Shown: piece by piece, positions 58,803-64,000 of the stretch
Layout: every line of letters starts with the position of its first letter
Numbering within the stretch: position 1 is the stretch's first letter
NCBI GenBank assembly: GCA_965243025.1
Contig: CBDETY010000003.1
Location: 3,296,001-3,360,000 of the forward strand
Source: Candidatus Latescibacterota bacterium
Lineage (GTDB): Bacteria; Latescibacterota; UBA2968; UBA8231
DNA length: 64,000 nt
Direction of reading: 5' to 3'
Notes under the pieces: model-generated
Database searches by the model: none
What the model saw: only the letters and a program-made list of their open reading frames with translations
Told to the model about the DNA's origin: nothing
Position numbers and translations under genes: made by a program

Positions 58803-58985
58803 GGGGCAATCTCCGGTGCGCTTCCGCCCCGAAAAACGGCGGGGCACCGTGCGACGGGCAAATCGCCGGCGGCCATGCGGGGAGGCAGCGTCCCGGCCGC
58901 GGCTTGATGCGGGCTCGGGGATGCCTGTATCATCACGGCCGCAAGCCCTTTCGCAGGATCACCTCTTTCGAAACGGAGACACCCG

Positions 58986-59630
58986 ATGGCGCTTGAACAG
59001 CCCGGCCCCTACCCCGTCCGGTTCTCGATCGACTACCCCGAGTCCAGCCGCAGACTCACAACCTTCTTCAGGCTTCTCCTGGCGATCCCGATCCTCATCG
59101 TTCTGGGCCTGATCAGCGGTGCCCCATTATCAGACGACGTGACCGATTCCCAGTGGACGACTCCGCTGATCGCGGGCGGCCTGCTCTGGATTCCCACCCT
59201 CCTGATGATCCTGTTCCGCCGGAAGTACCCGCGCTGGTGGTTCGACTGGAACCTCGAGCTGACCCGCTTCGTGACCAGGGTATACGCCTACCTGATGCTG
59301 CTTCAGGACGACTACCCGTCCACCGACGAACAGCAGGGGGTCCACCTCGACATCCCCTACCCGGACGCGGAAGGCCAGCTCAACCGGTTCCTGCCCCTGT
59401 TCAAGTGGATCCTGGCGATTCCGCACTACATCGCCCTGGCGGTGATCGGGACCCTGGCGGTGGCGGTGACCGTCATCGCCTGGTTCGCGATCCTGATCGC
59501 CGGCCGCTACCCGAGGGAGCTGTTCCTGTTCGTGGAGGGGGTCTTCCGCTGGGCCTTGAGGGTGGGGGCTTACGCTTTTCTGCTGACTACCGACCGCTAC
59601 CCGCCGTTCCGGTTCGGCGCGGATTCCTGA
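58986..59630 (+). CDS. DUF4389 domain membrane protein
   Basis: Duplicated R....F(R/K).ILAIP...G.YP...RV.AY..L..D.YP motif. Confidence 0.85.
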   Translation: MALEQPGPYPVRFSIDYPESSRRLTTFFRLLLAIPILIVLGLISGAPLSDDVTDSQWTTPLIAGGLLWIPTLLMILFRRKYPRWWFDWNLELTRFVTRVYAYLMLLQDDYPSTDEQQGVHLDIPYPDAEGQLNRFLPLFKWILAIPHYIALAVIGTLAVAVTVIAWFAILIAGRYPRELFLFVEGVFRWALRVGAYAFLLTTDRYPPFRFGADS

Positions 59631-59765
59631 GGTTGGGTCCGTCTCCTGAACCGCCTGCACCCTGGTAGATCTGCTCCGTCGACTCCACGGCTGACGAGCC
59701 GAAACAGGCGGCCCCTTGGCCGTCCTTGACGTAATGGGCGAAGTCAGGTCGCCGGCAGAGTAGGC

Positions 59766-60560
59766 TTACGCCCTCCGCGCTACCCAGACCTGCTCGCCCC
59801 CGTGGTGGAAGGGGCCGCGGTCGAAGCCGCCGTAGAGCGCCTCCACCGCGAAGCCGCTCAGCTCCAGGAGGTGCTCCATCTCGTAGCGGTAGACCCAGCG
59901 CAGAGCGAGCGTCGCATGGGTCCAGGACACGACCCGCCCGCCGGCCTCCAGCTCCTCGAACAGCCGCTCCTCCTCGATCGTCTGCTTCGCCGCGTCGAAG
60001 CGGCGCCTCACCCACCCGACGACCTGGCGGCCCGTCTCCGGATGGGTGAACTCGCTGTCCTTTTCCAGGGGGTTGCCGCGGTGCCCGAGATGAGAGGCGA
60101 TCATGTCCAGCCGGGGATCGAAGATGTTGAACACGAGGCGGCCTTCCTCGGTCAGGTGGTCGCGGATGCGGCCCAGGGCCTGGCGCTGGTCGGCCGGGGT
60201 CATCAGGTGCAGGAACGACCGGAAGGGGATGATGACGAGGTCGAAGCGCCGGCGGAGGGAGAAGGAGCGCATGTCGCCCTCGACCAGTTCGATGCGCTGC
60301 CGCGTCGCTTCCCGGAGCCGAGCGACCTTCTTCCTGGCCGCCGAGAGCATCGCCGGCGAGCTGTCCAAGCCCACCACCGGCACCCCGGCATGGGCGATCG
60401 GGATCAGGACGCGCCCCGTTCCGCAGGCCAACTCCAGGACCGGCGACCCGGCCTGCCGGGCTTCCTGTACATAGAAGGCGACGTCGCCGCGCTCGCCCTC
60501 CAGCTCGGCCCGCCCGAAGGTGCGGTCGTAGAGGTCTGCGGCGGCGGCGTAGAAGTCCAT
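59766..60560 (-). CDS. Class I SAM-dependent methyltransferase
   Basis: VLELACGTGRV; GLDSSPAML; GDMRSF; FDLVIIPFRSFLHL. Confidence 0.9.
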   Translation of the reverse strand: MDFYAAAADLYDRTFGRAELEGERGDVAFYVQEARQAGSPVLELACGTGRVLIPIAHAGVPVVGLDSSPAMLSAARKKVARLREATRQRIELVEGDMRSFSLRRRFDLVIIPFRSFLHLMTPADQRQALGRIRDHLTEEGRLVFNIFDPRLDMIASHLGHRGNPLEKDSEFTHPETGRQVVGWVRRRFDAAKQTIEEERLFEELEAGGRVVSWTHATLALRWVYRYEMEHLLELSGFAVEALYGGFDRGPFHHGGEQVWVARRA

Positions 60561-60730
60561 TTACCGCAATCTATGGCTGGATTTGTGCCTTCACCGGCGA
60601 GTGGCGGTCGTCGGCCTGAAGCAGGAGGGGGCCCAGAAACAGCAGGGACATCGGGTGAGCAAGATGCATGGTTCTTTTTACGGGGCCGCCTTGAATGGCT
60701 GCAAAACGAGAGATGGCCGATCCAAGCAGG

Positions 60731-60808
60731 GTTCATCTTGCAGATGGCCCAGGTGCCGAGGTTCTTCTCCTGGCCGTGGAGGGTCAGGTTGCGCGGGTTG
60801 CCCCCGCG
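60731..60808 (-). pseudogene. hsdM: Internal fragment of type I RM methyltransferase
   Basis: The reverse complement encodes RGGNPRNLTLHGQEKNLGTWAICKMN. 60774-60808 is identical to 63056-63090. Confidence 0.7.
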
Positions 60809-60821
60809 ACCGGCGATGGGG

Positions 60822-61235
60822 TCAACCCGGTGAGGAGGGATCGAGCAACTTGAGCCCGGAGAAATAGTCCCGCAGGTATCCCCGGTCGCGCGCCACGAGG
60901 CGGTCGGCCTGCGTCTGCGCGTGGGCGCCGATCAGGAAGTCGGCCACGATTCGACGGCGTGCGCCTCCCCGTTGCAGATATGCGGCGAAGTGGCGGCCGG
61001 CCAGGATCGCGCTCTGCCGTGAGGATGGCACGAACTCCACCTGCCAGTCGGTGAGGAACTCCTCGAAGGAGTCCGGACCGTCGAATGCCGGATGGATCTC
61101 GGCGAGGACGCATTCACAGGCGATGACCTGCCCTTCCCGTGACGCGCGGAGCAGGACCCCTTCGGACTCATCGGCGTGACGGGGGTCGGCAGTGACGACG
61201 TCCAGAATGACGGATGAGTCGACGGCCGAGATCAT
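60822..61235 (-). CDS. vapC: PIN-domain (VapC) toxin
   Basis: AVDSSVILD; VLAE; VADFLIGAHA; LVARDRG. Confidence 0.88.
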   Translation of the reverse strand: MISAVDSSVILDVVTADPRHADESEGVLLRASREGQVIACECVLAEIHPAFDGPDSFEEFLTDWQVEFVPSSRQSAILAGRHFAAYLQRGGARRRIVADFLIGAHAQTQADRLVARDRGYLRDYFSGLKLLDPSSPG

Positions 61236-61453
61236 CCCCGTACTTCGTCGAGGTATTCGTCGACTCCAAGCCCGGTCGGAAGCCGGCCGCGACCCCTCCA
61301 CTTGCGGAACACGTTCTCAGGTTGAACCTTGCGCACCACGAGGATCCCGTCCCTGGCCTCGAAATTCAGGACGGTGCCCTTCTTGAGCCCGAGCTTGTCG
61401 CGGCAGGGCTTCGGAATGGTCACCTGCCCTCTTTGAGAGAGTGTAGCCTCCAT
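61232..61453 (-). CDS. AbrB/MazE/SpoVT-family antitoxin
   Basis: SQRGQVTIPKPCRDKLGLKKG; overlaps the PIN start (ATGA); RBS aaggagg. Confidence 0.9.
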   Translation of the reverse strand: MEATLSQRGQVTIPKPCRDKLGLKKGTVLNFEARDGILVVRKVQPENVFRKWRGRGRLPTGLGVDEYLDEVRG

Positions 61454-61573
61454 GTCACCTCCTTTGAATACGTACTGAAACAGTATGTATTCTTATTTCG
61501 AAGATCAACATTGGACATCCCGTAGACGCGATGGGTGCCCCGCCCCCCGGGCCGGACTTCCGGACAGCACGCC

Positions 61574-61865
61574 TTAAAGGTCGTACCCCAACTCCGCCAG
61601 ATACCGGTTCATCGTCGCCTCGGCCGCCGACGCTCCTCCTTCTCCAGCTGCCGCAGCTTCCGCACCGCCTCGCCGACGTCGATCCGCTCCTCCTCGTCCG
61701 AGGTATCCACATAATGGCTGATGTTGAGGTTCCAGTCTTCTGTTCGATCTCGGCGAGCGGCACCACCCGCGCGTACTTCTCCACGTCGGCGTACGCATGG
61801 AACGTCCTTGAGATATGCTCGATGTCCTGATCGCGCAGCCGGTTCTGGTTGGTCCCCTCCTCCGC
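61574..61865 (-). pseudogene. hsdM: C-terminal fragment of type I RM methyltransferase (frameshifted)
   Basis: EGTNQNRLRDQDIEHI...KYARVVPLAEIE / WNLNISHYVDT..EERIDV / MNRYLAELGY. Confidence 0.75.
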
Positions 61866-61914
61866 AACTGGCTGTCCGCGCAGGTCAGCTCCCCCCCTGG
61901 CCCTGGACAGATTT

Positions 61915-62085
61915 TCCAGCGCCTTGGTGGTCGCCACCACCGACAACGAGCACACGCCGCTCGGGGTGGCCGCCTTCACGTACGACGAACAGGGGAACGA
62001 AATCCTCTCCGATCTTGTCGTAACCGCGAATACGCCGACCGCGATCCGACCTGCCACCTGGGGCTCGGTAAAAAATGAAGCGGAG
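61915..62085 (+). pseudogene. 3' remnant of a paralogue of the 42839 secreted protein
   Basis: VVATTDNEHT...SDL...PTAIRPATWGSVK parallels VVATLDSDWDT...SEP...PTGVETRSWGAVK. Confidence 0.5.
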
Positions 62086-62916
62086 TTACGGCCGCAGACT
62101 GGCCTTGATCCGGGCCCAGGTGGTGGACTCAACGACGGTGCGTGATCCCATCAGAACGCCGTGAGCTGTTGTGTCAAAGCCGGATGCTGCTTCCACGTCT
62201 TCCAGGTAGAACTGACCGCTCCCTACATCGTCGTGGTCGAAATCAAAAACACCCACGGTGAACCCTATGGTATGGCCGGGTTCGAACCTGGAGGTTTCGC
62301 TCCCGTCGGGGTCGGAATCGAGCAAGAGATCGAAGGCCGTGACGTAGAACTCGACGGCCCACGAAACGGTTTCACCCTCCAGGACAGATGCCGTTCCAAG
62401 TGCGTAGGGAGGCTCGACGGCCCAGTAACCGTCTTCGTCCCAGTAAGCTCCGACGAAGGGAAGCCTTAGCCCGCCCCAATCCGGGTAGATGATGACGTCG
62501 TAGTACTGGTCGTAGGACTCATCCAGGGGGTCACCGTGATACCCGGAATGGTCTCCGTCCACGATCAGGGCGACCTGATCGGCTATCCCGTCCGAGTTTC
62601 GGTACACGTCATCCGTCGCCTCGATGGCGACGTACACCTTGCCATCATCGGACCACGCCACCCAGGAGCGGAAATCCAGGTTCGCGGGATCGTATTTGTC
62701 CGGCGGATTGAATTCGCCCGACGGTTCGGCGTGCCAGTGCATATTGAAGTCGAGCCGCGTCGCGGTGGGTTCTGAGAACAGCTCTTTCCAGTCGGACAGG
62801 TCGCCATCGATGGTCAACTGATCTGCGGACACGTAGGGAATGGAGAACGAGAATTCTCCATCGTGCGCGATGGCCTGGGTGGACGCCAGCGCCAACAACA
62901 AGACGATAGTCTTCAT
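62086..62916 (-). CDS. Secreted CBM9/DOMON-like paralogue 5 (divergent)
   Basis: RBS aaggagg; signal peptide; IDGDLSDW; DPANLDFRSWVAW; DGDHSG; VEFYVTAFD; VESTTWARIKASL. Confidence 0.8.
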   Translation of the reverse strand: MKTIVLLLALASTQAIAHDGEFSFSIPYVSADQLTIDGDLSDWKELFSEPTATRLDFNMHWHAEPSGEFNPPDKYDPANLDFRSWVAWSDDGKVYVAIEATDDVYRNSDGIADQVALIVDGDHSGYHGDPLDESYDQYYDVIIYPDWGGLRLPFVGAYWDEDGYWAVEPPYALGTASVLEGETVSWAVEFYVTAFDLLLDSDPDGSETSRFEPGHTIGFTVGVFDFDHDDVGSGQFYLEDVEAASGFDTTAHGVLMGSRTVVESTTWARIKASLRP

Positions 62917-63055
62917 GAGTACCTCCTTATCGTAGGGCCGACGCCAAAAGTCCACTGGGGTTCCGTTACAAGGATTTATGGCTCCACATCCTCTTCCCCT
63001 GGGGGTGCCCGTTTCTGCTGTTTTTCGCGGTCATATTTCAGACTGAGCCAATACC

Positions 63056-63732
63056 CCGTGGAGGGTCAGGTTGCGCGGGTTGCCCCCGCGCCCGGTCCGG
63101 CACGAAGAACTGGTGCCCCTCCGGGTCGGCCCACGCGACGTCGGCGGGCACGCCCTCCTCGATCAGCTTCTCCGCCTCCTCCTCGAACCGGTCCGACAGC
63201 CGCTTCAGGAAGAGCAGGCCGAAGATGTAGGTCTTGTAGTCGCTGCTGTCGATCGACCCGCGCAGGATGTCGGCGGCCGACCAGAGGTACTGCTCGAGCT
63301 GGGCGACGCTCAGCTTTTCGGGAACAGGTCAGGGGTGTCGGGGATGGACGGGGGCGAGGGTGCAGGCTCGGGCTGGGGAGCGGCACGGCCGTCGGTCTTT
63401 GGTGGTGCGGTCGAGCCGATGGGGCGGGCAGCCGGCTGCGGGGCGGCACGGCCGTCCCCTTTAGGTGGCGCCGGGTGTCCCATGAGACGGGCGGCGAACT
63501 CCGCTTTCTCGCGGCCGGAATCGTCGAGGCCGAAGACCCGGCACAGCTCCTTGAGGCGGTCCCGCGGGAGGTCCGGCAGAATCTCGTCGAGCCGCGCCTT
63601 TCGGGAGCCGGCCAGGGCGTCGACGAGTTCCGTCTTGACGCGGCGGTCCCAGACGGGCAGGTCGTAGTACTCGACGTTGGCGCGGAGCTCGTCCGCGGTC
63701 AGCTCAGAGAGGATGGCACGTTTGGTGGGCAT
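63056..63732 (-). pseudogene. hsdM: N-terminal part of type I RM methyltransferase with an extra helical N-domain; frameshifted and internally deleted
   Basis: After a frameshift at ~63320 it reads KLSVAQLEQYLWSAADILRGSIDSSDYKTYIFGLLFLKRLSD...FFVP.RAR, then jumps to the mid-gene 35-mer. Confidence 0.8.
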
Positions 63733-63751
63733 TGGAGTTAGTCCCTCAGGG

Positions 63752-64000
63752 CTAGGGTCTCGCCCCGGTTTCGGCGCGGCGGGCCGCCCAGGTCTTCTGC
63801 AGATTGAGCCAGAGTTCTGGCGTTGTCCCGAAATACCGCGACAGGCGGCGTGCGGTGACTTGGGTGACGCCCTCCTGCCCGTTTAGGATGGCGGTGGCCC
63901 GGTTGGCTGGGATGCCGAGCCCCTGGGCCAGTGCGTCGGCGGGGAGGCCGCGCTCGTCCATCTCGTCTCGCAGGATCTCGCCGGGATGCACCGGGGGCAT
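63752..64000 (-). CDS. higA: HigA-family antitoxin (may extend past the window edge)
   Basis: PVHPGEILRDE; ALAQGLG; TARRLSRYFGTTPELWLNLQ. Confidence 0.85.
   Translation of the reverse strand: MPPVHPGEILRDEMDERGLPADALAQGLGIPANRATAILNGQEGVTQVTARRLSRYFGTTPELWLNLQKTWAARRAETGARP

Overview
High-GC bacterial accessory region. By inference from gene content (many secreted proteins ending in a VE-x2/3-(S/T)WG-x-(I/V)K tail, FlgD/T9SS-like tails, an OPT-like permease, a free-standing ACP, an IS1595-type transposase) it resembles sponge-associated Latescibacterota/Gemmatimonadota/Poribacteria-like genomes. Left to right: two secreted proteins; a sigma54 two-component operon divergent from Gly/Glu/His-rich lipoprotein paralogues with duplicated sigma54 promoters; pseudogene debris; metabolic enzymes; an MNT-HEPN pair; a CocE hydrolase; a VTC/TolC/HlyD/DUF4956 operon beside a CotH kinase and an unusual ion channel; OM barrels; a TonB receptor operon; a CarH-like regulator in front of a furan/cyclopropane fatty-acid cluster; a NarL-type regulator with tandem palindrome arrays, a defensin-like peptide and four mosaic CBM9/DOMON-like paralogues; an IS1595 transposase; VapBC; a shattered hsdM; HigA. 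Best candidates for new biology: (1) the VTC-DUF4956-HlyD-TolC-CotH module, (2) a cryptic modular non-coding repeat family at 6+ loci linked to IS-like ends, (3) the palindrome-array/defensin-like peptide/paralogue locus. No rRNA, tRNA or CRISPR seen. All product calls are from motif recognition by eye; no database searches were run.
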